From: Candidatus Cloacimonadales bacterium
GTDB lineage: Bacteria > Cloacimonadota > Cloacimonadia > Cloacimonadales > JAFGVF01
Direction of reading: 5' to 3'
NCBI GenBank assembly: GCA_963662585.1
Contig: OY759729.1
Coordinates: forward strand, 2,368,001-2,432,000
DNA: 64,000 nucleotides
The notes under the pieces were generated by a model. That model saw only the letters and a program-made list of their open reading frames with translations. It was not told the origin of the DNA and made no database searches. Below, in pieces: positions 1 through 10,134 of the stretch (its first letter is position 1; every line of letters starts with the position of its first letter). The translations under genes and the position numbers were made by a program.

Positions 1-1
1 A

Positions 2-1084
2 AATAGCGGTCAGGTTATATTAAATGTCTCTCCTGAATCGTGGAATATTGAAAATGGATCAATCCATACTTCTTATAATCAAAATGTTGTTATCACCAAC
101 TATTCAAACTTCGAGTTATCAATAGAAAACTTGTCTATACCAATAAATCCTATTTCACTAAACAACTTTTCCTTAAATAGCTCTCAATCAATAATTACTC
201 TAGCTGAGGGATTTTCCTACTCATTTTCGATAAGTTTTTCTGCTAATGAGTATGGCTACTGTAACTCTTTAGTAACTTACGAATATTCAGCAAATGGTGG
301 AGTTTATCCTGGTGATCCGACACAAACTTTGATGTTTTTAACTGCAGATTGCCCTAATCCTCATATATATACTTTTCCCTACTTGCAAGATTTTTCACAA
401 TGGCCTCCCCTTGATTGGATTGCTAATGCTTGGCATCAGTCTTTAGATTCAAACAATAAATCTTGGGCAACATCCCCTGACGGTATGAGTATGAGTTACC
501 CACTAACATTAGTATCACCCAGCTTCTATTCAACATTACCTTTGACAGTACAGTACAAACTGAGTATCCCTGATGAAGTTTGTAGTAACATCCAATTTAA
601 GGTGCAAATTGGCTATTATCATTATTTTTATCAATTAATATCCTGGGAAACTATTGATTCTTTTATTACTTCTGAAAACATAACTTATCAATATGATGAT
701 GGGGTGCTAATCAATCAATATGTTTTTATAAATATGGAAATACCATCTGAATATATTGGAACTCCCTTTATATTACAGTTTGAACATTTTGCAATTAATT
801 CATCCAGACCAAAGATAACCGATTTTAAGATATTTCACAATGAAGTGAATAACATTGGAATTCTCCAACATCCTGAACTATCTATAAGCAGAGAAAACTC
901 CCACAATGTTCTGTGGTGGGACCATATTTATTCTGCTAACAATTATGAAATTCAAGCATCAAGCGACCTAGAAAACAATGTTTGGCAACCAATTACCATT
1001 ACCCCTTATCAAGGTTATGTTTATGATGGTAATGAAGAGTACAAGTTTTTCCGAGTTAAGGCATTAAGAAATTCTTTACCTTAG
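2..1084 (+). CDS. Secreted/surface protein, 5'-truncated by the window edge
   Basis: The frame of ORF 131..1084 stays open back to base 2. S/T/N/Y-rich beta-type composition with a C-terminal 'LSI...LWWD...YEIQAS...KFFRVKA' module typical of exported proteins. Confidence 0.6.
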   Translation, partial: NSGQVILNVSPESWNIENGSIHTSYNQNVVITNYSNFELSIENLSIPINPISLNNFSLNSSQSIITLAEGFSYSFSISFSANEYGYCNSLVTYEYSANGGVYPGDPTQTLMFLTADCPNPHIYTFPYLQDFSQWPPLDWIANAWHQSLDSNNKSWATSPDGMSMSYPLTLVSPSFYSTLPLTVQYKLSIPDEVCSNIQFKVQIGYYHYFYQLISWETIDSFITSENITYQYDDGVLINQYVFINMEIPSEYIGTPFILQFEHFAINSSRPKITDFKIFHNEVNNIGILQHPELSISRENSHNVLWWDHIYSANNYEIQASSDLENNVWQPITITPYQGYVYDGNEEYKFFRVKALRNSLP

Positions 1085-1098
1085 AAAAAAGATTGATA

Positions 1099-1121
1099 AA
1101 GCCCATGGATTCCATGGGCTT
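1099..1121 (+). terminator. Hairpin terminator
   Basis: AAGCCCATGG-att-CCATGGGCTT just after the stop codon. Confidence 0.6.
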
Positions 1122-1157
1122 AATCTTATATGATTAAAGTTCAAGTTAGGAGGTTAA

Positions 1158-1190
1158 ACCCAATAATGCAGTAGAGCTTTTAGAATAGCA
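1158..1190. mobile_element. Isolated left end of the ACCC-terminated MITE family
   Basis: ACCCAATAATGCAGTAGAGCTTTTAGAATAGCA is near-identical to the left ends at 16253 and 57010. Confidence 0.65.
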
Positions 1191-1348
1191 TATTGATTGC
1201 CTAATAGAAGGTATAAGTATAATGATTTACCTTTGTTTCTCTTTAATTCATGTGACTATAAAATCACCATATGTATAAATAATCTTCTTGACTTGATAAA
1301 GATCCCTTATGATTATGGAAAAAATAGAAAAATTATGAGGAGAAAGAT

Positions 1349-2176
1349 TTGAAACTTATATCATGGAACATAGATTCATTAAATGCAGCACTAACAAGTG
1401 ATTCCAATAGAGCTGTCCTATCAAGGGAAGTAATAAATACAATTATAGAGAAAGATGCAGATATTATTGCCTTACAAGAGACTAAATTACCAGCTAATGG
1501 TCTTAGTAAAGCCCATATTGAGAAATTAGCTGATTACTTTACTGGATATTCTTATGTCTGGCGATCTTCCCAAGAACCAGCCAAGAAAGGTTATGCTGGG
1601 ACTATGTTTCTTTACAAGGAAAAGTATTCTCCTACTGCTATTTATCCCGAGATTCAAGCTCCAGATACTATGGATTTTGAAGGAAGAATCATAACTTTAG
1701 ATTTTGGAGAATTCTATCTTACTCAAGTATATACTCCTAACGCCGGAGATGGTCTAAAGAGATTAGCAGAAAGACAAGTCTGGGATGAGAAATATGCTGA
1801 TTATCTTGAGAGTCTAGATAAGGAAAAACCAGTACTTGCTACAGGAGACTATAATGTTGCCCATAAAGAAATTGATTTAGCAAATCCTAAAAGTAATCAT
1901 AACTCAGCAGGTTTTACAGATGAAGAAAGACAAGGCTTTACTAATCTACTAAATAAAGGCTTCACTGATACTTTTAGATATCTACATGGCAATGTTGAAA
2001 ATGTCTATTCCTGGTGGGGACAAAGAATAAAAACAAGTAAGATTAATAACTCTGGCTGGAGAATTGACTACTGGTTAGTTAGCAATAGACTTGCAGATAA
2101 AGTTCTTAAATCTGAAATGATAGATTCTGGAGAAAGACAAGACCATACACCTATCTTCTTGGAGATAGACTTATAA
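1349..2176 (+). CDS. exoA: Exodeoxyribonuclease III / AP endonuclease
   Basis: SWNI, LQETK, GYAG, EGRII, GDYNVAH, GWRIDY and DH motifs; TTG start with GAGGAG RBS. Confidence 0.95.
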   Translation: MKLISWNIDSLNAALTSDSNRAVLSREVINTIIEKDADIIALQETKLPANGLSKAHIEKLADYFTGYSYVWRSSQEPAKKGYAGTMFLYKEKYSPTAIYPEIQAPDTMDFEGRIITLDFGEFYLTQVYTPNAGDGLKRLAERQVWDEKYADYLESLDKEKPVLATGDYNVAHKEIDLANPKSNHNSAGFTDEERQGFTNLLNKGFTDTFRYLHGNVENVYSWWGQRIKTSKINNSGWRIDYWLVSNRLADKVLKSEMIDSGERQDHTPIFLEIDL

Positions 2177-2181
2177 TTAAA

Positions 2182-2210
2182 AATTAAGAATTAAGAATTA
2201 AGAATTAAGA
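2182..2210. repeat. Heptamer tandem repeat (AATTAAG)x4
   Basis: aattaagaattaagaattaagaattaag directly after the exoA stop. Confidence 0.8.
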
Positions 2211-2308
2211 TAAGAGTAAGATCTATCCACTAATTTCACGAATTAAGAAAATATCCCTTGGGATATTTTAATACCGACTTATAAAGTTCGTTTAAACATA
2301 ATGTTGTA

Positions 2309-2333
2309 CAGTGTAATGATGGAGACATAATAA
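2309..2333. repeat. 25-bp direct repeat, copy 1
   Basis: CAGTGTAATGATGGAGACATAATAA, identical at 5347..5371. Confidence 0.85.
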
Positions 2334-2351
2334 AAGTGTAATTTCAATAAG

Positions 2352-2379
2352 AAATGGCACGACCGAGGTCGTGCCATTT
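2352..2379 (-). terminator. Hairpin terminator / REP-like palindrome downstream of the CotH gene
   Basis: AAATGGCACGACC-ga-GGTCGTGCCATTT, perfect 13-bp arms. Confidence 0.65.
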
Positions 2380-2407
2380 AGAGATTAGACTATTTTGAGA
2401 TATGATA

Positions 2408-5245
2408 CTATTTCGATAATGTCATTTTATGTGTTTTTGTTTTATTGCTATATTTTAATCTTGAGAAATAGATTCCGCTACTCACAGTTTTTCCTTGGCT
2501 ATTTTCACCATTCCAAACTACAGTATGTTCACCACTTCCCATATTTTCATTAACAAGAGTTTTAACTAGTTGTCCTTTGAGGTTATAAATATCAAGAGTG
2601 ACCTTTCCTGCCTCTTTAATATTAAAAGATATAGTAGTTTGGGGATTGAAAGGATTCGGATAATTAGCCATAGTTAGATTAATTTGTTGGACACTATTAT
2701 CATCAATAGCAGTAATTCCACTACTATTAACAGTGCCAGGACTTCCGATTCCTGCTGATGCTTGCCAGCTTGCAGCAAGTGAATTATCAAGTTCAGGACT
2801 TATTAATTCAAGAGTATTGCCATTACCGTCTGGTTCAGAAGGCCATTCACCTTCATTAGTATAAACTACAGAATCTATCAGATTTAAGTCTGCATCATAT
2901 AATCTTGTTGCATCACCAGATCCACTAAGACCAAAATCAAAATCACCGATGAAGTTTGTTACTTCAGGGAAGATTGTATTGAAGGCTTCAAAATCTTTGG
3001 TTAAAACAAGGTATGCACCAACTTCAAGACTTGTATTAGCAGGAATTTCATAAATATGTTCATCATCATCATCCTTAAAAATCCAACCGGAAATATCAAC
3101 AGCTTCAGAAGTAGGATTATATAATTCTACCCAGTCACCCGCATCAAATTCATCAGAAGAGCTATAATTAATCTCATTAATGACAACACTACTTGTTAAA
3201 GAACTATTTGCAGCACCAGGAGTACCTAACAATTCAGATGCTTGCCAGCTAGAGGCAAGAGAGTTATCAAGATCAGGATTAATTAATTCTAAAGTACTTC
3301 CAGTTCCTGCTGGTTCTGAAGGCCATTCACCCTCACTTGTATAGATTACAGAATCAATTAAGGTTAGATTAGCATCGTATATTCTGGCTGCATCTTCTGA
3401 GCTACTAAGACCGAAATCAAAGTCTCCTACGAAATTAGTTACTTGAGGATACACTGTGCTAAATCCTTCTGTATCTTTAGTTAGAACAAGATAGCTATAA
3501 GCTTCTAAAACAGTATTTGCAGTGAAGACAAAGGCATGGTCATCATCACTATCTCTAAAAATCCAACCTGAAAGATCAACAGCTTCATCAGTAGGATTAT
3601 AAAGCTCTACCCAGTCACCGGCATCAAATTCATCAGAGGAGCTATAATTGATTTCATTAATCACGATGTTACCTGTTTCTGAAGTAACATTTAGAGTGAA
3701 GAATTCAATAGCAGCTTTAGCAGGTAAGAAAGTACCTTGGTTTGAATTTTGACCGTAGAAATAGTATTCCAAATCACTATAAGCAGTTGGTATTGTAACA
3801 CCAAAGATACTGTCATTAGCTTGGCCATCATTGTGAGAACCATCATCAAACATTTCTACACTAGTAAATCTATCATAGATAGAACTACGGTAATTAATCC
3901 ATAAGTTAGTAGCATTTGTTGCTTCTAAAGTGATTGTAGCTTCTGAATTTGCTGAAATGTTTTCTTGAGCTGATACATTTACTAATTCAGGGACATCACC
4001 TGAGAAGTAAGATTGTTGTCTAAGCCATGTACATCTTGCTTCCATTAATTCTGTAATACCAATGGTTGAAGAAGCCATGGGTCCTCCACCGGTAGTAACA
4101 GTGGAAGTGATGTTTGAAGCAAATTGACTATCAGAATAAGCAAAGTTTGGGTCTGCACTTATAGAATTTGCAATTATATCTTGTATTTCATTAGCTCTAT
4201 CTTCATACCAACCACTTTCAAAAACTTCTTCCATCATGGTTCTCATGTGGGCAAAGTACATTTTCTGATAGGTTGAATTGGAAAGAATCTTACTAATGAT
4301 AGGATAAGTATTATCGTTAACATTTAATAGTGGATCTAGCTGCTTCAATGCTGTATTACTTAAACTTCCACCACTTAAAAGCCTATTAAATCCACCAAAG
4401 CCCTCGTTTAAATCCCAGACGATTGGATTAAATCTATCGGAAGCATCTTTAAAAAGGTAGTAGTTGTGAGAAAAATTTATAGGTGAATCTAGATTAACAG
4501 TTAGATTATCAAAAGCAAGCATCCAAAGATGATTATCAACATTTAGGTATTCTTCTATGTTTTCTGTGTCATTATTTAACACATCTAAGAATTCTATTAA
4601 TTCAGACCAACCATAATCAGATTTTAATTCATAATAATATTCATAAGCTGTTGAATCTGCTCCCAGATAAGCTAAAATAGACTCTTCTTGAGGCATACCA
4701 TTAGTAACAACATCTCCCTTAAAACGAATATCTCTACTACTTGGGAAATGAATGTTTTTAAATTCTTTATCAACAGATTGATCATTGGTGTATAGCCCGA
4801 TAAGATTACCATTTATATAAACATTAGCATAGTTAGCTTCACTTGCAGGCATATACATAGAGGCTATTTCATAACCTAAAGCTTCTCTTACATAGGATGG
4901 GTCTTGGTAACCATTAGCAAGTTTTAATGTTCCATAACCTTGAAATGTCTGGCCATCAATTACATGATCTAATTTAATATTTAAAGGGTTTTTAGCCTGG
5001 TTTGCGTTATAAGAACTATTCCCTTTATAACGAACTCCAACACTATCAAAGGCCACGCCATTAATGACTGCACTTCCGATAAGTCTTTCTTCATCTCCTG
5101 CTGAGTAATAAGAATCTAATATTTGATCCCAGTTACTTTCTGTAAATGTTAACTCAATTGTGTTTATGGTCTCCATGTCATAAAGGCCTTGACCTGATAA
5201 GCTACTTAGTAACAAGCATATAACAGTAATGTAATAATATCTCAT
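2408..5245 (-). CDS. Secreted CotH-family kinase with two lamin-tail domains and a FlgD/T9SS-like C-terminal domain
   Basis: Signal peptide; CotH motifs VGVRYKGNSS, REAL, HNYYLF, PIVWDLN; two VINEINY...DWVELYN lamin-tail repeats; C-terminal NYPNPFNP...IYNLKGQLVK...SGIYF. Confidence 0.85.
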   Translation of the reverse strand: MRYYYITVICLLLSSLSGQGLYDMETINTIELTFTESNWDQILDSYYSAGDEERLIGSAVINGVAFDSVGVRYKGNSSYNANQAKNPLNIKLDHVIDGQTFQGYGTLKLANGYQDPSYVREALGYEIASMYMPASEANYANVYINGNLIGLYTNDQSVDKEFKNIHFPSSRDIRFKGDVVTNGMPQEESILAYLGADSTAYEYYYELKSDYGWSELIEFLDVLNNDTENIEEYLNVDNHLWMLAFDNLTVNLDSPINFSHNYYLFKDASDRFNPIVWDLNEGFGGFNRLLSGGSLSNTALKQLDPLLNVNDNTYPIISKILSNSTYQKMYFAHMRTMMEEVFESGWYEDRANEIQDIIANSISADPNFAYSDSQFASNITSTVTTGGGPMASSTIGITELMEARCTWLRQQSYFSGDVPELVNVSAQENISANSEATITLEATNATNLWINYRSSIYDRFTSVEMFDDGSHNDGQANDSIFGVTIPTAYSDLEYYFYGQNSNQGTFLPAKAAIEFFTLNVTSETGNIVINEINYSSSDEFDAGDWVELYNPTDEAVDLSGWIFRDSDDDHAFVFTANTVLEAYSYLVLTKDTEGFSTVYPQVTNFVGDFDFGLSSSEDAARIYDANLTLIDSVIYTSEGEWPSEPAGTGSTLELINPDLDNSLASSWQASELLGTPGAANSSLTSSVVINEINYSSSDEFDAGDWVELYNPTSEAVDISGWIFKDDDDEHIYEIPANTSLEVGAYLVLTKDFEAFNTIFPEVTNFIGDFDFGLSGSGDATRLYDADLNLIDSVVYTNEGEWPSEPDGNGNTLELISPELDNSLAASWQASAGIGSPGTVNSSGITAIDDNSVQQINLTMANYPNPFNPQTTISFNIKEAGKVTLDIYNLKGQLVKTLVNENMGSGEHTVVWNGENSQGKTVSSGIYFSRLKYSNKTKTHKMTLSK

Positions 5246-5346
5246 AATTCCTCCACTTTTTTTATAAATCTTTCTATCTTACTCTTTAAGACTAATGAAT
5301 AGCAAATATCCTGCACATTAATTAGTATTTTAAAAAAAAAGTTATC

Positions 5347-5371
5347 CAGTGTAATGATGGAGACATAATAA
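5347..5371. repeat. 25-bp direct repeat, copy 2
   Basis: Identical to 2309..2333. Confidence 0.85.
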
Positions 5372-5589
5372 GTATTGAAGAAAAAACGAATATCTATTAT
5401 TAGAGCTTACTTGTTTTATCATATCTTAAATTATCTCTAAAAAAACAATAATTAAGATTCAAAGTTATGGCATATCGTACTTTAGTTAAGAAATATTAAT
5501 GATATTCAGAAAGTAGTATTTTAGAAAACTGTTGACAAAAATCCACACTTTTTAATCTTCAACACAAGATAAGTAATGAGAGGATAATT

Positions 5590-6975
5590 GTGGCACATAA
5601 AGTTTTAATGATAGAAGATAATAAATACTTAGCAGCCCAGTACAACATGGTATTAGAGAGACATGGATACGACATAAAAATCGTGTTTGATAGTGATGAA
5701 TTTTTTGAAGAGTACGAAACTTTTAAACCTGAAGTCGTTGTGATAAATATGATGTTGACTTACAGTACTTTGAATGGCATTCAGATAACCCGTGCTTTGG
5801 TCTATGATTACTCAACTAAAGCTAAGATTATCGCAATCTCATCTGAAGCTACTCCTTTAGAACTAAAAGAAATTCGAAAATTAGGCGTTTTCACATTTAT
5901 TGAAAAAGGTGAAAATTTTAACCTGAACTATTTAATAGTAAATATTGAAAATGCGATAAAATACTCACAGAATGAAGATGAGAATAAGAATCTCTTACAC
6001 CACAACAAGAATTTAAAAAAGCAGATATTAAGTAAACATCCATTTTTAGGTTTATGTAAAAGAGTTAAATCTCTTAAAGAGGATATAATTAATGCTACTA
6101 TCAAAGAGCAATCATTAATTATCTATGGAGCTCCAGGCTCTGGTAAACATATCTCTGTCAATTACTACTATAACAACTCAGCTCGGTTCGGAATGCCATA
6201 TATTCAGGTAAATTGCCACCAACTCTCAAATGAAATTGATTATCAATTGAGGCATAGTCATATTGATAAAAGTGAAATTATCTCACGGAAATTAGCAGAG
6301 TTAATTGAAGAGAATGATTCGGGAATAATTCATTTCGACGAATTAGCTAATTTAAGTAATGGAATTCAGCTTATTTTAGTTAAGTATATCGAACAAGCTA
6401 AAGAATCTACAAATATCCCAATTTTCCTTTTTACAACTTCTTATACACTTAGTAGACTTAAGTCTAAGAGAAAGATTAACAGTAAGCTACGAGAAGTTTT
6501 GAAAGATAACTATTTAGCAATTCCTTCTCTAAAAAGCAGAGGTAATGATTTAATTATCCTCTTTAAGTACTTCATGGAAACAATGTGTGAGCAATACTTT
6601 TTGGAATGCGATATTGAATTAGATAAATTAAAAGATGTCTTAAAAACTTATGATTGGCCTGGTAATGTTGTAGAATTAAAGAATTTCTGTAAAACCATTG
6701 CTTTGACTTATAAAAAAATTGATAATAAAGCTGTAATATCTCTCTTTAGAAAATTAACAGCTAATAAAGATTGTAACAACTGCATCCTTGATTTATATGA
6801 AATGGATAACTACAAAGAAGCAGTTACAAGTTTTGAAAAGAACTTTCTCTCCTTGAAGCTAAAGCATTATAAATGGAAAATGAGTGAAGTTTCTAGAGTG
6901 ATAAGTATAGAAAGATCAACATTATACAAAAAGATAAGTCAATTGAATATTGAAAAGGATGATAATGGCGAATAA
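5590..6975 (+). CDS. Atypical NtrC-like regulator (receiver, degenerate AAA+, Fis-type HTH)
   Basis: Receiver N-terminus (VLMIEDN), Walker A GAPGSGK, Walker B IHFDE, YDWPGNVVEL and C-terminal IERSTLYKKI. No GAFTGA motif. Confidence 0.8.
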   Translation: MAHKVLMIEDNKYLAAQYNMVLERHGYDIKIVFDSDEFFEEYETFKPEVVVINMMLTYSTLNGIQITRALVYDYSTKAKIIAISSEATPLELKEIRKLGVFTFIEKGENFNLNYLIVNIENAIKYSQNEDENKNLLHHNKNLKKQILSKHPFLGLCKRVKSLKEDIINATIKEQSLIIYGAPGSGKHISVNYYYNNSARFGMPYIQVNCHQLSNEIDYQLRHSHIDKSEIISRKLAELIEENDSGIIHFDELANLSNGIQLILVKYIEQAKESTNIPIFLFTTSYTLSRLKSKRKINSKLREVLKDNYLAIPSLKSRGNDLIILFKYFMETMCEQYFLECDIELDKLKDVLKTYDWPGNVVELKNFCKTIALTYKKIDNKAVISLFRKLTANKDCNNCILDLYEMDNYKEAVTSFEKNFLSLKLKHYKWKMSEVSRVISIERSTLYKKISQLNIEKDDNGE

Positions 6976-7984
6976 GAAATATATTCTAGCCTTTGAAACT
7001 TCCTGTGATGACACTTCTGTTGCAGTCATAGATACTAATTATGAGGTTTATACTAACTTAATCTCATCTCAATTAGAGCATAATAAATATGGTGGGGTAG
7101 TACCAGAAATAGCTTCCAGACTGCACATGAAATCAATTATGAAGTTAACTGACATTGCTCTTGCTGAAGCTAATGTTTCTCTTGGGGACATCTCTGCTAT
7201 CGCTGTTTCAGTGAACCCTGGCTTAATTGGTTCTTTATTAGTAGGACTTTCTTTCGCAAAAAGTTTATCCTATTCTTTAAAAGTACCTTTGATTACTGTT
7301 AATCACATGTTGGGGCATATTGCTGCAAACCTTATAGAATACCCTAATCTTTCGGCACCTTATCTAGCTTTAGTTGTTTCCGGAGGACATACAGAATTAG
7401 TTCATTTTATCTCTGAGAAAGAGTTTAAAGTGATTGGTCAAACACGAGATGATGCTGCAGGAGAAGCTTTTGATAAAAGTGCCAAGTTGTTAGGTCTAGG
7501 TTATCCTGGAGGCCCAATAGTTGATAAACTTGCCCAAATTGGCGATGAAAATTTCCATGATTTTCCTCTAGGCCTAAACAGAAAAGATAATTATGATTTT
7601 AGCTTTTCAGGATTAAAAACATCTGTTGCAAATTATGTGAAGAGTCAGACTCCAGAATTCATTGAAGCGAATAAAGAAAATATTTGTGCTTCACTCCAAA
7701 AAGCAATAGTTACTATTCTGACTAAGAAGACAATAAATTATGCGAAACAAGAAAAGATAGATAAAATTATTATAGCTGGAGGTGTTTCAGCTAACAAAGG
7801 TCTTAGATTAAAAATGCAAACAGAAGCTCATAAAATCAAAGCAGAAGTATATGTTCCTAAGCTTAAATTCTGTATGGATAACGCAGCTATGATTGGTGCT
7901 GCAGCCGTAAAGAAGTTCCTTAGTAAGGAATTCTCTGACCTAAATGTAAATGCATTTTCTACTAAGGGTGTAAGATACTTGTAG
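6965..7984 (+). CDS. tsaD: tRNA N6-threonylcarbamoyltransferase TsaD
   Basis: ETSCDDT, GGVVPEIASR, HMLGH, VSGGHT, DDAAGEAFDK, SFSGLKT and DNAAMI motifs. Likely start is ATG 6965, overlapping the upstream stop. Confidence 0.97.
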   Translation: MANKKYILAFETSCDDTSVAVIDTNYEVYTNLISSQLEHNKYGGVVPEIASRLHMKSIMKLTDIALAEANVSLGDISAIAVSVNPGLIGSLLVGLSFAKSLSYSLKVPLITVNHMLGHIAANLIEYPNLSAPYLALVVSGGHTELVHFISEKEFKVIGQTRDDAAGEAFDKSAKLLGLGYPGGPIVDKLAQIGDENFHDFPLGLNRKDNYDFSFSGLKTSVANYVKSQTPEFIEANKENICASLQKAIVTILTKKTINYAKQEKIDKIIIAGGVSANKGLRLKMQTEAHKIKAEVYVPKLKFCMDNAAMIGAAAVKKFLSKEFSDLNVNAFSTKGVRYL

Positions 7985-8057
7985 ATTTTCAAATATATTC
8001 TTGACAATTCTAACTAATCTCTGTTAAATTACATTTATAAATAAGAAGGAGTTTAAA

Positions 8058-8783
8058 ATGAGAGTATTTCTAAACATACTGCTATTAATTGTTTTAATAT
8101 TTACTATAGCTTGCAGTGCAAATGTGTCAGGTAAGGAAGATGCCTTACAAAAAATAACTGAAAAGAATTATGAGAAAACAATTTATTGGATGCCTATTCA
8201 GAATCAGAAAATTCAGTTAGTTTATGATGAAAAAGTGAGTAACCTATTACTAGTTTCTTATATCACTTTGGATAAATCACAATTTAATGATGTAAGAGAA
8301 TTTAGTTTTTTGATTGATGAAGATACAAGAATACAATCATTTACAATTGATAACCAAGCAAGACCAATTGAAAGAATTCTTCAGTATGATGAAACGAATT
8401 TTGAAAATCCTTTAGAATATGCCTTTGTTGAAAAAATTAGATTCTTTGGAAATATCTGGAAATTCACTTTAACAGATGAAGATTTAGCTAAAGATGAAAT
8501 CCGTTTAATGGTGAAATATACTATTTCAAACCAATCTAAAGAAGAAGCTTATAACAAAAATAAAGATGGATTTACCCTTAATGGTGAATTATGGTGGTAT
8601 CCTTCAACTATGATTGATGGTGGTACTATTCAATTAGAGCTAAATATCAAAGATGATTTTGAAGTAACTTACTTAGGTAAACCATTACCTTCTAAACATC
8701 TTCGTTCTTACAAATTCTATGAACATCTAATTCAGAATCTCTTTGACGCTCCACTTTCTCTAGAAGCAAAGAAGATAAAATAA
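8058..8783 (+). CDS. Lipoprotein of unknown function
   Basis: Hydrophobic signal ending in lipobox IAC; AGGAG RBS. Confidence 0.7.
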   Translation: MRVFLNILLLIVLIFTIACSANVSGKEDALQKITEKNYEKTIYWMPIQNQKIQLVYDEKVSNLLLVSYITLDKSQFNDVREFSFLIDEDTRIQSFTIDNQARPIERILQYDETNFENPLEYAFVEKIRFFGNIWKFTLTDEDLAKDEIRLMVKYTISNQSKEEAYNKNKDGFTLNGELWWYPSTMIDGGTIQLELNIKDDFEVTYLGKPLPSKHLRSYKFYEHLIQNLFDAPLSLEAKKIK

Positions 8784-8803
8784 TTTTTAAAGAATAGGTA
8801 ATA

Positions 8804-9394
8804 ATGAAGTTAAAAGAAATTATCGAAAAAAATAGAAGTTATCGAAGATTTGATAACGATAGAAGAATTACTCCTGAAGAGTTTAATAGTCTTATAGATA
8901 ATGCAAGAAAAGTTGCCTCTGCAGCGAATTTGCAAAATATCAAGTATATTGTCTCTAATAGCAAGAAAATGAATGATGAGATTTTTCGCTGTCTTAATTG
9001 GGCAGGTTATTTACCTGACTGGCAAGGGCCAGCTCTTAAAGAACGCCCAAGCGGCTATATTTTACTGCTTGTTAGAAGTGCAATAGAAAAGTATGCTCAC
9101 TTTGATGCAGGAATAGCGGCTCAGACTATTACTTTGTCTGCAACAGAGATGGGATTGGGAGCTTGCATAATAGCTTCAGTGAATAAAGCTTTATTGAACA
9201 ATGTTTTAGATATACCTGAAGATGAATATTCAGTTCTTTTGTGTATTGCCTTAGGAAAGCCAATTGAACAAGTAGTCCTTGAGCCTGTGATTGATAATAA
9301 AATTCAATATTGGAGAGATGAGAATAATGTTCATCATGTTCCTAAAAGAAGTTTCGAAGAAGTGCTTATTGCAGAATATTTTGATAATGATTAA
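8804..9394 (+). CDS. Nitroreductase family protein
   Basis: RSYRRF, ASAANLQ, DAGIAAQTITLSATEMGLGAC, VPKRS. Confidence 0.9.
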   Translation: MKLKEIIEKNRSYRRFDNDRRITPEEFNSLIDNARKVASAANLQNIKYIVSNSKKMNDEIFRCLNWAGYLPDWQGPALKERPSGYILLLVRSAIEKYAHFDAGIAAQTITLSATEMGLGACIIASVNKALLNNVLDIPEDEYSVLLCIALGKPIEQVVLEPVIDNKIQYWRDENNVHHVPKRSFEEVLIAEYFDND

Positions 9395-10134
9395 AGATTA
9401 ATACTTTTTAAATAAATATCCTTGTGTAAGGAATGAGATAAGTGAGATAGCAATATTTCATTTATCTCTTTTTTTGTCTTTTCATCTATGTTAATAACAT
9501 CTAGCACCTTGCCAATGGTAGGAAGTTGTTTAAGGAGAAGTTGAGCTTCTTGGGAGATTCGTTTAGTTTTATGGGCAATTGCGCAATCAGAACAGATCAT
9601 AGCGTGATTATCTAAAGAATAAAAGACTCTTTGGGTGAATAGCTCATGGCATTCAGAGCATTCCAAAAGATTAAAAGGGATTCCTATAATATGATAATAG
9701 TGGATGATAAAACGCCAAAAAATAGCAATATGATTTCTTTTGATAGTAGGAAGAAAGGTCAGATAAGTAAGTAAGAGTCGGAAAAGTTTAACAAAATCCT
9801 CTTCCAGATAATTCTCAATTTTGGTAAAGAGTTCGACTCCAGCACTTTGATACTTAAATGTTTCATAATTACTTACATCAGCTAAAGAGCTGATTAACTG
9901 GGCATTCTTAACTAAGAAAATATCACTGTTCATTGCTTGGGAAAGCTCTAAATTAAGATAGTTAAGATTGCTTATTGTTCCCGAAAGTGTACTTTTTTTG
10001 TTGGTTAATCCTCTCACAGAACATTGAATTACACCATATTCTGGGGTTAAGAATCTAAAAATAGCGTGACTTTCCTTATACTTGATTACTCTAAGAACTA
10101 TTCCTTCACAGGTAAGTTCCTTAGGTTTACTCAT
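9391..10134 (-). CDS. recO: DNA repair protein RecO
   Basis: N-terminal OB fold (EGIVLR..YKES...LTPEYG) and CxxC...CxxC zinc finger. Confidence 0.85.
   Translation of the reverse strand: MSKPKELTCEGIVLRVIKYKESHAIFRFLTPEYGVIQCSVRGLTNKKSTLSGTISNLNYLNLELSQAMNSDIFLVKNAQLISSLADVSNYETFKYQSAGVELFTKIENYLEEDFVKLFRLLLTYLTFLPTIKRNHIAIFWRFIIHYYHIIGIPFNLLECSECHELFTQRVFYSLDNHAMICSDCAIAHKTKRISQEAQLLLKQLPTIGKVLDVINIDEKTKKEINEILLSHLSHSLHKDIYLKSINL

Noticed and set aside
5466..5490. Sigma54 promoter upstream of the NtrC-like gene
   Set aside because: TGGCA is present but there is no correctly spaced TGC -12 element.
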